From Thermoproteota archaeon (lineage in GTDB: Archaea > Korarchaeota > Korarchaeia > Korarchaeales > Korarchaeaceae): DNA of 64,000 nt. The DNA lies in NCBI GenBank assembly GCA_027491395.1, contig JAOZFI010000036.1:1-64000 (forward strand), in the 5' to 3' direction. A program made the translations under genes and the position numbers. Numbering within the stretch: position 1 is the stretch's first letter; each line of letters starts with the position of its first letter. Positions 38,545-48,814 of the stretch are shown in pieces. The notes beneath the pieces were generated by a model that saw nothing but the letters and a program-made list of their open reading frames with translations, was not told where the DNA came from and made no database searches.

Positions 38545-39277
38545 CGTGTCCTCCTAGTTCTTCCCTGATCCTGCGTTCTATTTCCTTTATCAACTCACTC
38601 TTTATCCTTTCTATCTCCTCTATCTGCTTGTCTATCATCTCAAAGTCCAAGCCCAACGAGAAGGTCTTGTCCAAGACCTCAAGCACCCCTTTCGCTGCCT
38701 TGGGATCCGGTGAATAATCAGGAGCCACTCCACTCAGTACCACGCTGTTTAATCCCCTTATTTTGGCCATACTCAACATCGAACCAGCTAGACCGATAAC
38801 GGATTTGATCAAGCTTTCCTTAAGGGCACCAGCACCCAAAAACCTACCCAGTAGTTCCTCATCGTCGCCGAAAGCTAGGACCTTACCAGCATAGTTCTCG
38901 TCTACGAAACCCGTCACCACCACCGTCTTAGTGACCCCCATCCTATCGAGGATCTCCAAGACCTTGCTCGCAACTTCCATTCCCCCCCATGGAACCGGCT
39001 GGACATCGCTGGTCACTAAGGCTATTGATGGATCTTTAGCTTGAAACACAGATATTGACGGGAGTGTGAATCTCCCCCCCTCGAGCACGGAAATGCCCAC
39101 CATGTTGTTGGGGAACATGAGGTACTCCGAGTAGATCTTGGCTATTGGAACCGGATCTAAATTCTTTATTAGGTAAGTTATCACTTGCTCACCGACATTG
39201 GCCATACCAGGGAATCCAAGCACGGCCACATCGGCCTTTAAAGGCTCAGAGATCTCTTTGACTTTCATCCATCCCAT
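38510..39277 (-). CDS. PAC2-family protein (second paralog)
   Basis: GFPGMANVG, DVQP, PDPKAA. Confidence 0.8.
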   Translation of the reverse strand: MGWMKVKEISEPLKADVAVLGFPGMANVGEQVITYLIKNLDPVPIAKIYSEYLMFPNNMVGISVLEGGRFTLPSISVFQAKDPSIALVTSDVQPVPWGGMEVASKVLEILDRMGVTKTVVVTGFVDENYAGKVLAFGDDEELLGRFLGAGALKESLIKSVIGLAGSMLSMAKIRGLNSVVLSGVAPDYSPDPKAAKGVLEVLDKTFSLGLDFEMIDKQIEEIERIKSELIKEIERRIREELGGHGEMDESAEYVG

Positions 39278-39340
39278 TTCCCTTACCCTTCCCCTAAGGG
39301 AGGGGGCGACGTATTAAATAAGGGGCAGTTCAAAAATCGT

Positions 39341-40639
39341 ATGAAAAAGGTAATGCTCATCATCTTGGATGGTTTGGGTGATAGGCCTCATCCTTCATTA
39401 AAGCACTTGACGCCCCTCCAAGCTGCAGAAATACCGAACATGGATCTCATGGCATCTAAGGGTCTGTTGGGTATGCAGTATCCTATAGCTCCGGGAATCC
39501 CCCCGGGGAGTGATACCGGGCACCTCTCCCTGTTCGGCTACAGCTTAGACGAGGAGTACCCAGGGAGAGGGATATTTGAAGCCTTGGGAGAGGGTATAAC
39601 GCCGAGAGGCGGCGTCGCTTTCAGGGCCAACTTCGCCACAGTCTCCGAGAGGAACGGTGAACTAATAGTGGAAGATAGGCGGGCCGGGAGGATATCTGGT
39701 GAGGATGCTGAGATCTTAGCCTCTGAGATATCCAGAATGAGCCTCTTAGGGGGTGAGGTAGAGGCCGAGTTCGTGCATACCTTGGAGCATAGGGGCTTCC
39801 TCATCCTGAGAGGGGAGGGCCTTAGTAGTCAAGTAACCGATGTTGATCCACATGAAGAGGGATACCCGGTTTTAGAACCCCTACCTATTGAAGAGGAAGC
39901 GATTAAAACAGCCAGAGCTCTAAAGGAATTCCTCATAAGATCTCACGAGATCCTTAAAGGGCATGAAGTCAACAGGAGGAGAGTTAGAGAGGGTAAATCG
40001 CCAGCAAACTTCATATTGCCAAGAGGAGCCTCGGAATCGGTTAATCTGGAGAGATTCAGTGACAGATGGGGGTTTAACCCTGCAGCAGTAGCCGCCGGTC
40101 CCATGTACAAGGGAATAGCTAGGGCCTTGGGTTTCGAGGTGCATCATCCAGAGGGGGCCACGGGACTACCTGATTCCAATTTCCATGGAAAGATCAATGA
40201 AGCGCTGGATCTCTTGGGGGAGTTCGACTTCGTATATGTGCACATGAAGGGCACAGACGTTGCATCTCATAGGAAAGACCCCAAGTTAAAGGTCGAGGTC
40301 TTGGAAAGGATAGACGAGGCCTTGGAGCAGATCATAGATCCCCCTGAAGATTTACTAGTGGTGATCACGGGAGACCACGCTACTCCCTGCCTGCTGGGCA
40401 AGCACAGCGGAGATCCCGTTCCAATCCTCTTCTTCGGGAAGGATCTGCCTAGAGATGACGCTTCCAACTTCCACGAACTGGACGCATCACTAGGAGGAGC
40501 GGGTTGGTTCCTTGGAGGAGACCTGATGAAGCTGATTCTGAACTACTCGGATAGGTCTCTGGAGTACGGCCTGAGACCATTACCTAAGAGGAGATGGTAC
40601 ATACCAAGGAGGGAGGAACTTGTTCCCTTCAGGATTTAG
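39341..40639 (+). CDS. apgM: 2,3-bisphosphoglycerate-independent phosphoglycerate mutase (archaeal)
   Basis: ILDGLGD, PGSDTGH, DRRAGR, HMKGTD..H, TGDHATP. Confidence 0.93.
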   Translation: MKKVMLIILDGLGDRPHPSLKHLTPLQAAEIPNMDLMASKGLLGMQYPIAPGIPPGSDTGHLSLFGYSLDEEYPGRGIFEALGEGITPRGGVAFRANFATVSERNGELIVEDRRAGRISGEDAEILASEISRMSLLGGEVEAEFVHTLEHRGFLILRGEGLSSQVTDVDPHEEGYPVLEPLPIEEEAIKTARALKEFLIRSHEILKGHEVNRRRVREGKSPANFILPRGASESVNLERFSDRWGFNPAAVAAGPMYKGIARALGFEVHHPEGATGLPDSNFHGKINEALDLLGEFDFVYVHMKGTDVASHRKDPKLKVEVLERIDEALEQIIDPPEDLLVVITGDHATPCLLGKHSGDPVPILFFGKDLPRDDASNFHELDASLGGAGWFLGGDLMKLILNYSDRSLEYGLRPLPKRRWYIPRREELVPFRI

Positions 40640-41619
40640 TCCCACAGATCTCTATCCTTTCTTACCTTTTCCAGATTGAGCGGCCGAACTAAGTCCCGGT
40701 GAAGGAAAGTAGATAACTCTTTCTTGAACTGGCAGGCCTTACACACCTCCGCCGTGGTTGGTTCACCGCACACGCGGCATCTCCTGAGCTGTACATCTGA
40801 TGATAACCCATGGGAGATCAGAGAGAAGGTCTGAAGTGCCTTAACCTTGGTACCGGGGATGCGGTCTTCCAAGTCATCAATCTCCCTCCTCACACCTATC
40901 CTCATCCCTTGGGTGAAGGGACACTTCCCTAGATGGGCGGGGATCTTTTTGGCCACAACTAGAGTAGCGACTTCCCTCTCATAGACCATCTTCAGCGGTC
41001 TGACTCTAGGTACAAGCCCCTCCTCCATCTTTCTCTCATGCCTGAGAGTCTTCACTAAGGCGTTGATATCTCCCCTCGACAGGTTCATCGCCGCCGTCTG
41101 GACCAGATCATCGAGGTTGTGTCCCGTCACAACGACAGTAGCCCCTATCTCCCTAGCAATCGCGTTCAAAGCTTGTCTCCTAAGGACTCCACAGTAGGTA
41201 CATGGACTTCTCTTCCAGTTGACAGGAAGTCTGAAATCCAGCTCTTCTATGGATAGACCATGAATCTCCTCCATTGTATACGTCCTATGTCTCACCCCGA
41301 GCTCGTTAGCCAGTCTCTCAGCGAGCTTCACGGAGGCCTTCCTGTAGAAGGTCCCTTCATCTACAGTAACAGAGAGTAGGCTAAGCTTCATGTCCGGGTG
41401 AGCGTCAGCGAACTCCTTTGTGAGGAGAAGAGCAAGGGAACTGTCCTTTCCCCCAGAGTGAGCTATCATCACCTTGTCCCCTGCTATTAGCTCCCCCTTC
41501 AAGACCTGCCAAGCTCTCCTCCTCACGGACTTCATAAGACAGTCGGCGCATACCGATACCCCCTTACTGTGATCCGTGTACACGGCCTCATTGAAGCCGC
41601 AAAGGTCGCATTTCCTCAA
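40636..41619 (-). CDS. ttuA: tRNA 2-thiolation enzyme TtuA/NcsA
   Basis: Zn fingers at both ends, SGGKDS PP-loop, PCTYCG, TGHNLDD, CP. Confidence 0.85.
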   Translation of the reverse strand: MRKCDLCGFNEAVYTDHSKGVSVCADCLMKSVRRRAWQVLKGELIAGDKVMIAHSGGKDSSLALLLTKEFADAHPDMKLSLLSVTVDEGTFYRKASVKLAERLANELGVRHRTYTMEEIHGLSIEELDFRLPVNWKRSPCTYCGVLRRQALNAIAREIGATVVVTGHNLDDLVQTAAMNLSRGDINALVKTLRHERKMEEGLVPRVRPLKMVYEREVATLVVAKKIPAHLGKCPFTQGMRIGVRREIDDLEDRIPGTKVKALQTFSLISHGLSSDVQLRRCRVCGEPTTAEVCKACQFKKELSTFLHRDLVRPLNLEKVRKDRDLWD

Positions 41620-41846
41620 CGATCCTCCCCCGAGCTCTCCCTAGGGCTCTCATGGTAAGTTATCCTTAACCATGTGATCACATCTCCTTCCTCCAAGTAG
41701 GAATCATCAGCTTTCGGCTCTCCGTTCACCAAGAGGAGGGTGCTCCACTTGCTCACACCAAGCATCTCATAAAGGTCACCCACCATAGTATTCCACGGCA
41801 GTTCTACTTCTCTACCGACTAGGAACACTTTAATGGTCCCCTTCAT
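41616..41846 (-). CDS. ThiS/MoaD-like ubiquitin-fold protein lacking C-terminal Gly-Gly
   Basis: LVNGE...LEEGDVI pattern; overlaps ttuA start; ends ...ESSGEDR. Confidence 0.7.
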   Translation of the reverse strand: MKGTIKVFLVGREVELPWNTMVGDLYEMLGVSKWSTLLLVNGEPKADDSYLEEGDVITWLRITYHESPRESSGEDR

Positions 41847-41855
41847 ATATCCCCG

Positions 41856-42557
41856 GTGTCAACGATGTTCCTCTCTAAAAAGGCGAACCTGAAAGGTGTA
41901 TCTCTGGAGGGGGATGTGACGGTCATCGGTCCCTCATCCATAGGCCTAGGCACGGTTTTGGGGATGTATTCCGTTGTTGGGTACCCCACTTACCGCAAGA
42001 TCAGGTCCTTAGGAGAGAAGGACCTGACATCTTACGATGACCTGAGCGAGGGAGCCGTTATTGGAGAGAACTGCTTTCTGAGAAGTCACTCAGTCGTATA
42101 CGAGAGGGTGAAAATAGGGAACAGAGTTCAGACGGGACATGCCGTCCTCATAAGGGAAGACACGATCATAGGGGATGGGACCGTCGTGGGAACCCATGCA
42201 GTTGTAGACGGGAGAGTGATCATTGGGAAGAGAGTCAGCATACAGAGCGGCACCTACATACCGCCAGAGAGCAATATAGGGGATCGCGTATTCTTGGCTC
42301 CATTCGTCGTCATAACCAACGATAAGTATCCGGCGAGCAAGAGGCTGCTCGGAGTAACTGTAGAGGACGATGCCGTTATCGGTGCCAATGCGGTGTTGAT
42401 ATCAGGAGTCAGAATAGGTGAGGGTGCCGTTGTGGCTTCAGGAGCCGTCGTCACGAGGGATGTACCCCCAAGGAAGGTCGCTATCGGAGTTCCAGCCAGA
42501 GTAGTTATGGACAGAGAGGAATATGAGAGGAAGAAAAGGGAGTACGAGGAAGGTTAG
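41856..42557 (+). CDS. Hexapeptide-repeat N-acetyltransferase (sugar acetyltransferase-like)
   Basis: Left-handed beta-helix repeats, TNDKYP, GAVVTRDVP, GVPAR. Confidence 0.85.
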   Translation: MSTMFLSKKANLKGVSLEGDVTVIGPSSIGLGTVLGMYSVVGYPTYRKIRSLGEKDLTSYDDLSEGAVIGENCFLRSHSVVYERVKIGNRVQTGHAVLIREDTIIGDGTVVGTHAVVDGRVIIGKRVSIQSGTYIPPESNIGDRVFLAPFVVITNDKYPASKRLLGVTVEDDAVIGANAVLISGVRIGEGAVVASGAVVTRDVPPRKVAIGVPARVVMDREEYERKKREYEEG

Positions 42558-43567
42558 ATGTCCTCTATACCTCCTTCAGTTATGACGACCTCAACCGTTC
42601 CCTCCGGAAGGTAGGGACTCTTGACCAGCTTGACCACTCTGCGGTCCTTCTTCCCCCTCTTTATGTAGAGCCTAGCCGTTACGCCATGGCCCAATACATG
42701 ACCACCTGCGGGCCTGTTAGGATCTCCAAAGAAGGCGCTGGGATCGGCCACCACCTGATTTGTAACTATGACCGCCAGATTGTATCCCAGAGCCAGCTTG
42801 AGCAGCTTGTGAAGGTACTTGTTGAGCTTCTGCTGCCTCTCGGCGAGAGTCTCCCTGCCCACGTATTCTCCTCTGAAGTGGCTTATCAGGGAGTCCACGA
42901 TTATCAACCCTATGTTCCTCTCCTTTATGTAAGGCTCTGCCCTCTCCGTTACTATCATCTGGTGATCACTAGTGAACGCTCTCGCGTACAGTATGTTCTT
43001 CAGGGCCTTTTCCGGATCCAATCCAAACCTCTCAGCTATCTGTATTATCCTCTCTGGCCTGAATGTTCCCTCCGTATCGATGAAGAGAGCTGCTCTTCCT
43101 AGACCACCCTTATCCTCCGAAAGCTGGACTGTGACCGCCATCTGATGAGCGAACTGCGTTTTTCCGGATCCGTAGGGACCGTATATCTCCGTGATCGACT
43201 GGGTCTCAACACCCCCTCCTAGTAATTCATCCAATGCCTTGGAACCAGTTGTTATCCTCTGAACCATCTTCCTCTGCTGATAGTAATCATAAGCGGACAT
43301 GACATCGATATTCAACTTAGATCTCGCGGCCTGTATTATCTTCTGGGCCACACCTTCGCCTATCCCCGCGTAAACGGCCAGTTCAGCTGGGGTAGACATG
43401 GCTATGGACTCCAACGTGGTGTAGCCAGCTTCCATGAGCCTCTTAGCAGTGGCGGGGCCGACCCCCTCTAGATCGGTTAGATCGAACTCATCTCCCGCAC
43501 TCACCTCTTCGTAGTAAGTTTCATCAATCTCATCAGGCGCTTCCTCCTGAGGTTCCTCTTTGACCAC
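42554..43567 (-). CDS. radA: DNA repair and recombination protein RadA
   Basis: HhH N-terminus, GPYGSGKTQ, IDTEGTFRPER, LAERQQKL, TNQV. Confidence 0.96.
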   Translation of the reverse strand: MVKEEPQEEAPDEIDETYYEEVSAGDEFDLTDLEGVGPATAKRLMEAGYTTLESIAMSTPAELAVYAGIGEGVAQKIIQAARSKLNIDVMSAYDYYQQRKMVQRITTGSKALDELLGGGVETQSITEIYGPYGSGKTQFAHQMAVTVQLSEDKGGLGRAALFIDTEGTFRPERIIQIAERFGLDPEKALKNILYARAFTSDHQMIVTERAEPYIKERNIGLIIVDSLISHFRGEYVGRETLAERQQKLNKYLHKLLKLALGYNLAVIVTNQVVADPSAFFGDPNRPAGGHVLGHGVTARLYIKRGKKDRRVVKLVKSPYLPEGTVEVVITEGGIEDI

Positions 43568-43678
43568 CTTCTTCCTCGGTATCCCTAATCACCTTCCCAT
43601 AGTTGGGGGATGTGAGGGGATATTTAACTATCACATATCTGAGAAACCCTCGCTTGCTGTTTCTGGGATCAGGTCGTT

Positions 43679-44086
43679 CTACAACGAAGGTTCCCTTTCC
43701 GAGATCTCTACTTTTTCACCACCTTCTTCATCCTCCAAGGGCTCCTCAGGATTGAAAGGGTCACTTCTGTGCTTCAGCATATATGAACCAACGATGATAG
43801 AGAGTATGAAGGTGAGCATACCTTCCGAAGGAAGCGCCGGGATGAGAAACAACCCCAGAATCGCTAACACGATATAGAAAATAGATAATAGAAGTATGGC
43901 TCGTTCATCTCCCCTGAACACGAATGCAGAGACCAAGATCAGCAACACTGAGGTGATAATTCCCAACGAGGAGGGCAGAGGATTGCTTTTAAGGACTTGT
44001 ATCGAAAGATAGGCGATCCCCAGCGACAAGATCAGCGTAAGAAGGGCGGATACCGCCATTCCTAGACGTAATCTCATCTCACACAC
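43679..44086 (-). CDS. Hypothetical 4-TM membrane protein
   Basis: Hydrophobic segments with acidic tail; overlaps prs stop. Confidence 0.6.
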   Translation of the reverse strand: MCEMRLRLGMAVSALLTLILSLGIAYLSIQVLKSNPLPSSLGIITSVLLILVSAFVFRGDERAILLLSIFYIVLAILGLFLIPALPSEGMLTFILSIIVGSYMLKHRSDPFNPEEPLEDEEGGEKVEISEREPSL

Positions 44087-44975
44087 CCTGAACGGCTTCG
44101 GCGATTGATCCCACCACCGACGCCTTGGAGCCTGACCATTCTATTGTGTCCGTGGCTATGATGATATCCGCTCCGGCTCCTAGTATTCTATCCACTGCCT
44201 TGGGCGCGAGGACCGGATGTACAAAAGCCGATACAACAATCCTAGCGCCCATTCTCTTTACCTCTTTCACGGCATTCGCCATCGTCCCTCCAGTGGATAC
44301 CATATCATCAACAACTATCACATCCCTACCTGAGAGATCTATCTCCTTAACATGAGTCTTTATCTCACCAGTAGCGACATCCCTTTCCTTCTTGAATGCG
44401 TCGAACTCCTCAGTCCCGTAGTAGTGAGCCAACTCCCTAGCCCAGTGTATGCTCTCGGTATCCGGCCCCAATATGAAGGGATCTCTAAGGGGCAGCTCCT
44501 TAATCTTGTCAGCGAGCGCTTCAAAGCCGCTCACGTTCACAGCCTTTGCTCCCTCGAAAAGCTCGGAGAATCCTCCAATCCTGTGGAGATGCACCGTAAC
44601 GCTGATTACAGCATCAGCTCCAGCCGCCTCAAGTAGCCCCCCCAAGTACTTAGAGCTCAAGGGCTCTCCCGCCCTGAATATAGCATCCTGCCGAGCGTAA
44701 GGGAAATACGGCATGACGAGAATTATGGACTTAGCACCCATATGTTCCTTAAGATTCCTTAGCGTGAAGAGAACCTCCATCAAGTATCTGTTGGGAGATC
44801 CGCTGCCTGCCTCCATTCTAATGGAGAGAACGACGTCTTCATCCCGGGTATCCCCCAATACCCTTGGACATACCTCTCCATCTGGGAATACCCTCCTATC
44901 TAAAGCCACTAATTCCACATCGAGATTCTTAGCGAGCCTAATGTTGAAATCGTCGTTGGGGCCAACTAGTAGCAT
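44079..44975 (-). CDS. prs: Ribose-phosphate pyrophosphokinase
   Basis: FPDGE, PYFPYARQD, VVDDMVSTGGT; real start taken as MLLVGP. Confidence 0.92.
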   Translation of the reverse strand: MLLVGPNDDFNIRLAKNLDVELVALDRRVFPDGEVCPRVLGDTRDEDVVLSIRMEAGSGSPNRYLMEVLFTLRNLKEHMGAKSIILVMPYFPYARQDAIFRAGEPLSSKYLGGLLEAAGADAVISVTVHLHRIGGFSELFEGAKAVNVSGFEALADKIKELPLRDPFILGPDTESIHWARELAHYYGTEEFDAFKKERDVATGEIKTHVKEIDLSGRDVIVVDDMVSTGGTMANAVKEVKRMGARIVVSAFVHPVLAPKAVDRILGAGADIIIATDTIEWSGSKASVVGSIAEAVQGV

Positions 44976-45026
44976 ATGCTGAGGGCACAATGCGAGATTA
45001 AAAAGTAGTCGAAATGGATCCAGAAG

Positions 45027-45611
45027 ATGCTCATAGCCTTTGAGGGTATAGACGGGTCTGGTAAAACGACCATAAGTACTAGAATCAATGAAGAGCTGGA
45101 GAGAAGGGGCATAAGGTCTCACTGGACGACGGAGCCGACCGACGGTCCAATAGGTAGGATCATACGTGAAGTACTAGAGGGGAGGATGGAGGTCGACCAC
45201 AGAACGCTGGCTCTACTCTTCGCCGCTGATAGAATGCAGCATGTGATTCAGTTGGAAGATCTTCTAGAGAAAGGCTACACGGTCATAAGCGACAGGTACC
45301 TCTTATCATCACTAGCATATCAGGGGTGCGATCTCCCGATGGAGTGGGTTCGGGAGATAAATAAGTGGGCTCTGCTGCCTGATTTAGTGATATACTTGGA
45401 CTTGGATCCTGCATTAGCCTTGGAGCGCGTTAAAGAGAAGCAACTATTTCACACTCTGCACAAATTGAGGTCGATCAGGGCCAATTACCTCAGTCTGATA
45501 AGGGAGGAGGAGTGGTCCAGTAGGACCGTAGTGGTGGATGCAAGTAGGGGAGAGGAAGAGGTCTTCCAAACAGTTCTTAATATCATCTTGAAGAAGCTCG
45601 AGGTGGTTTGA
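45027..45611 (+). CDS. tmk: Thymidylate kinase
   Basis: FEGIDGSGKTT, LFAADR, DRY..SSLAYQ. Confidence 0.95.
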   Translation: MLIAFEGIDGSGKTTISTRINEELERRGIRSHWTTEPTDGPIGRIIREVLEGRMEVDHRTLALLFAADRMQHVIQLEDLLEKGYTVISDRYLLSSLAYQGCDLPMEWVREINKWALLPDLVIYLDLDPALALERVKEKQLFHTLHKLRSIRANYLSLIREEEWSSRTVVVDASRGEEEVFQTVLNIILKKLEVV

Positions 45612-46534
45612 TGAAATTCTTGGCCATTGGGAATGCGAACATCGACGTAACCACGTTTATAGAGAGAATACCCGATCAGGATGAGGCCATAGACGCCCTA
45701 GCAGCCACGATGAGCGCGGGAGGATCGGCTTCCAACTTCGCTCTGGCCGCCGCTAGGCTGGGAATTGAGGTTTTCGTCATTGCCTCTCTGGGCGATGACT
45801 CCCTAGGGAAGATCTATCTAAGGACCATGGAGGAGGGAGGAGTTGATACCTCTCACATCAAAATAACAGAGGGCAGGAGAACGGGACTTGTAGTCATAAT
45901 CAACGTTTTAGGAGAGAGCAGAAGGATGATAGAGAGCCCGGGAGCTAATGAAGAGCTTTCCCCAGTAGATATAGTTGAGAGAAGCGAGCTGATTCGATCA
46001 GTAGATGAAGTGCACATGGCCAGCGTCAGAGTACCCATAGCCAGAGCGGTCTTGGAGGTGAGGAAGGGAGTATCTTGGGATCCCGGGATTAGGATACTCT
46101 CTAAAAACAGGGATGATTGCTGGAAGCTACTAGGTGGGGTGGGAAAGATCTTTCTTAACGAGAAGGAGGCAACAGTCCTATCTGGGGAAAGAGATCCAGA
46201 GCTAGCTGCCCGAAAGATAGGAAGAGAAGGACCAGAAGAAGTTCTCATAAAGATGGGTCCTAAGGGATCGCTTGCTTGGGTTGAAGGAACCCTGTGCCAT
46301 GTGAAAGCCGTCCCCGTAAACGTAGTTGATACGACCGGAGCAGGGGATGTGTTCGCGGCTGCTTACCTAACCTCAAGGGCTAAAGGCTTCTCTCCAGTGA
46401 AATCCATAAGATTAGCCAACTCTGCGGCAGCCCTGACTATTTCAAGGCCCGGAACGGCCTATGGAATGCCCGTATGGGACGAGATAGCGGCCATGGAGTT
46501 CATCTCGTACGGGAAGGGTGATAATGAGTGCTAA
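45608..46534 (+). CDS. PfkB-family carbohydrate/nucleoside kinase
   Basis: GGSASN, NEKE, DTTGAGD. Confidence 0.9.
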   Translation: MMKFLAIGNANIDVTTFIERIPDQDEAIDALAATMSAGGSASNFALAAARLGIEVFVIASLGDDSLGKIYLRTMEEGGVDTSHIKITEGRRTGLVVIINVLGESRRMIESPGANEELSPVDIVERSELIRSVDEVHMASVRVPIARAVLEVRKGVSWDPGIRILSKNRDDCWKLLGGVGKIFLNEKEATVLSGERDPELAARKIGREGPEEVLIKMGPKGSLAWVEGTLCHVKAVPVNVVDTTGAGDVFAAAYLTSRAKGFSPVKSIRLANSAAALTISRPGTAYGMPVWDEIAAMEFISYGKGDNEC

Positions 46535-46585
46535 CACAGTAGAATTTTGTAAATCCTTTTTAAATATCCTCGCGAGGAGAGTCCG

Positions 46586-47584
46586 ATGGAGGAGGCAGGA
46601 AGGACTCCGAAAATAGGCAGGAAGAGCCTGCTCTTGCTTATACTCGGCATAGCTCTTATGATACCCCTACTTGCCACCTTCGATCTAAGTGAGGCGGTGA
46701 GCAGCCTTCGTACTATAGGGATAGTTCCTGTAGTCCTTTCCTTCCTCTCGATACATGTGGGGGTCCTGTTCTACAACTTGGGGTGGTACATCCTATTAGA
46801 TAGGAGAGCCAGCTTCATGGATGTCTTCCTAATAGGGTGGACCAGCCTGTTCATAAACCTACTAATACCGGCTGGTTCAGCCACAGGAGAAGTAGCCAGA
46901 GCCTATCTGATCAATAGAAAATCTAAGATTCCTATAGGGCATGCTGTGTCCACTATTGTAGCCCACAGGGTCGTCATGATAATACCATTCGTGGTCAGCA
47001 TAGTACTTGGTTTCTCCTACTTAGTGGGATCGTCCGGCGTGGGACATAGCACTCTTACCACCATCTTCTTGGCGATTGGTCTCCTGATAGTGACCTTCTA
47101 TCTCATTTACAGAGTTAGCATGGACGAAAGCAGCATGCTCAGATTGATATCCTTCTTTGAACGGAGGCTTCGAAGAGATCTTGGGAAGATAAAGGAGATG
47201 GTGAGAGAATATTCTAGGGCATTCAGGGAGCTCATGAGGAACAGGAGAGCACTAGGTCTCTCCCTGCTCTGCGCGTTCCTCAACTGGTTCTTCGACATGC
47301 TACCGATTTTCATCTACTTCTACGCCCTCGGCTACTGGATAGATCCTCTCATGGGAATCCTAATATACTCAGTGTCTATCATTATGGTCCTTATTCCCAT
47401 AGGAATCCCTGGGAACACCGGAGTGAGAGAATGGGTGATGACGGGCCTCTTATCTGCAATGGGATTCAGTAAGGGTGATGCCCTCGCTATAACGCTAGTT
47501 TCCTCCACTATAACCGTGTTCCTTAACGAACTCATATTCGGCTTCCTAGCATACCTCCTTGTCCTTAAGGGGATGTCCAAGTAA
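46586..47584 (+). CDS. UPF0104 / lysylphosphatidylglycerol-synthase-TM (flippase-like) membrane protein
   Basis: NLLIP...GEVAR, PGNTGVRE, many TMs. Confidence 0.8.
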   Translation: MEEAGRTPKIGRKSLLLLILGIALMIPLLATFDLSEAVSSLRTIGIVPVVLSFLSIHVGVLFYNLGWYILLDRRASFMDVFLIGWTSLFINLLIPAGSATGEVARAYLINRKSKIPIGHAVSTIVAHRVVMIIPFVVSIVLGFSYLVGSSGVGHSTLTTIFLAIGLLIVTFYLIYRVSMDESSMLRLISFFERRLRRDLGKIKEMVREYSRAFRELMRNRRALGLSLLCAFLNWFFDMLPIFIYFYALGYWIDPLMGILIYSVSIIMVLIPIGIPGNTGVREWVMTGLLSAMGFSKGDALAITLVSSTITVFLNELIFGFLAYLLVLKGMSK

Positions 47585-47642
47585 ATCCCCATATTTCGAA
47601 AGTTTTTCAGTAAAGCTCCTCCTTACTGTTCGGGTGCATGTC

Positions 47643-48812
47643 ATGCCTAAGTTTGCAGAGAGGATGAACTCGTTAGGAGTAGAGGGAGCATTCATAGTCT
47701 TGGCCAAGGCTAGAGAGCTTGAGAGGCAGGGGAAGAGTGTAATTCACTTGGAAATAGGGGAGCCCGGTTATCAGCCACCTAAACACGTGCTGGAGGCTAC
47801 TAAGAAGGCGATTGATGAGGGAAAGACCAAGTACACACCCGCATCTGGGATATATGAGCTTAGAGAGGCGATTGCCGAGAGGGTCTCGAGCAGCAGGGGC
47901 GTGAAGGTCGAGCCTGAGAATGTGGTCGTGACCGTCGGTGCCAAGATGTCCATATTCGCCGCCCTGATGGCCTTCGTAGATCCTGGAGATGAGGTAATAA
48001 TTCCCATGCCAGCATACCCCTCATACGAGAGTGTAACTAAGTTTGTTGGCGGTGTAGTCAAGCCGGTGGTACTCAAAGAGGAGAGAAAGTTCTCGCCTGA
48101 TGTTAACGACATCTTGGAGAAGGTAACTGATAAGACCAAGGCCATAGTGATAAACACTCCCAGTAACCCCACAGGAGGCATTTACAGAAGGGAGGATCTG
48201 GAAGAGATCGTGAGTCTAGCTCTCAAGAGGGATGTACTGATAATCTCCGACGAGATATATGAGGATATAATATTCGATGGGAGGAAGCACGAGAGCGTTC
48301 TGTCTATAGCTGGTGCCGAAGAGGTAACTGTGCTAGTGAGCGGTTTCAGCAAGACTTGGGCAATGACAGGGTACAGGCTCGGCTACGCCGTGGCGAAGGA
48401 GGATATAGCCCAGAAGATAGCTCAGATTCAACTAAATGCGGCTTCCTGTCCCGTTCATTTCGCCCAAGTGGCGGCTGTGGAGGCTATAAGGGGTCCGCAG
48501 GATGAGGTAGAGAGGATGGTTAAGGACTACGAGAAGAAAAGGGACATCATCTACGAGGAGATACAGAAGATCGAAGGTTTCTCAATGATAAAACCTGCAG
48601 GGACGTTCTACGCATTTCCCAACATAAAAGGAACCGGAATGTCCTCGGAAGAATTAGCTGATAGATTGCTGAACGAGGCAGGAGTTGCGTTACTACCTGG
48701 AACTGCCTTCGGAGAATCGGGGGAGGGCTTCCTTAGGATATCATTCGCTGGCCCCATGGAGGATATAGTTGAGGGGATGAAGAGGATAAGGGAGTTTGTG
48801 AGTTCCCTGTAA
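47643..48812 (+). CDS. Class I PLP aminotransferase (aspartate/aromatic)
   Basis: IGEP, NTPSNPTG, SDEIY, GFSKTWAMTGYRLG. Confidence 0.93.
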   Translation: MPKFAERMNSLGVEGAFIVLAKARELERQGKSVIHLEIGEPGYQPPKHVLEATKKAIDEGKTKYTPASGIYELREAIAERVSSSRGVKVEPENVVVTVGAKMSIFAALMAFVDPGDEVIIPMPAYPSYESVTKFVGGVVKPVVLKEERKFSPDVNDILEKVTDKTKAIVINTPSNPTGGIYRREDLEEIVSLALKRDVLIISDEIYEDIIFDGRKHESVLSIAGAEEVTVLVSGFSKTWAMTGYRLGYAVAKEDIAQKIAQIQLNAASCPVHFAQVAAVEAIRGPQDEVERMVKDYEKKRDIIYEEIQKIEGFSMIKPAGTFYAFPNIKGTGMSSEELADRLLNEAGVALLPGTAFGESGEGFLRISFAGPMEDIVEGMKRIREFVSSL

Positions 48813-48814
48813 CC

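Noticed and set aside
34742-39277. Two PAC2 paralogs as a novel system
   Set aside because: Paired PAC2-family genes (PbaA/PbaB-like) are common in archaea.
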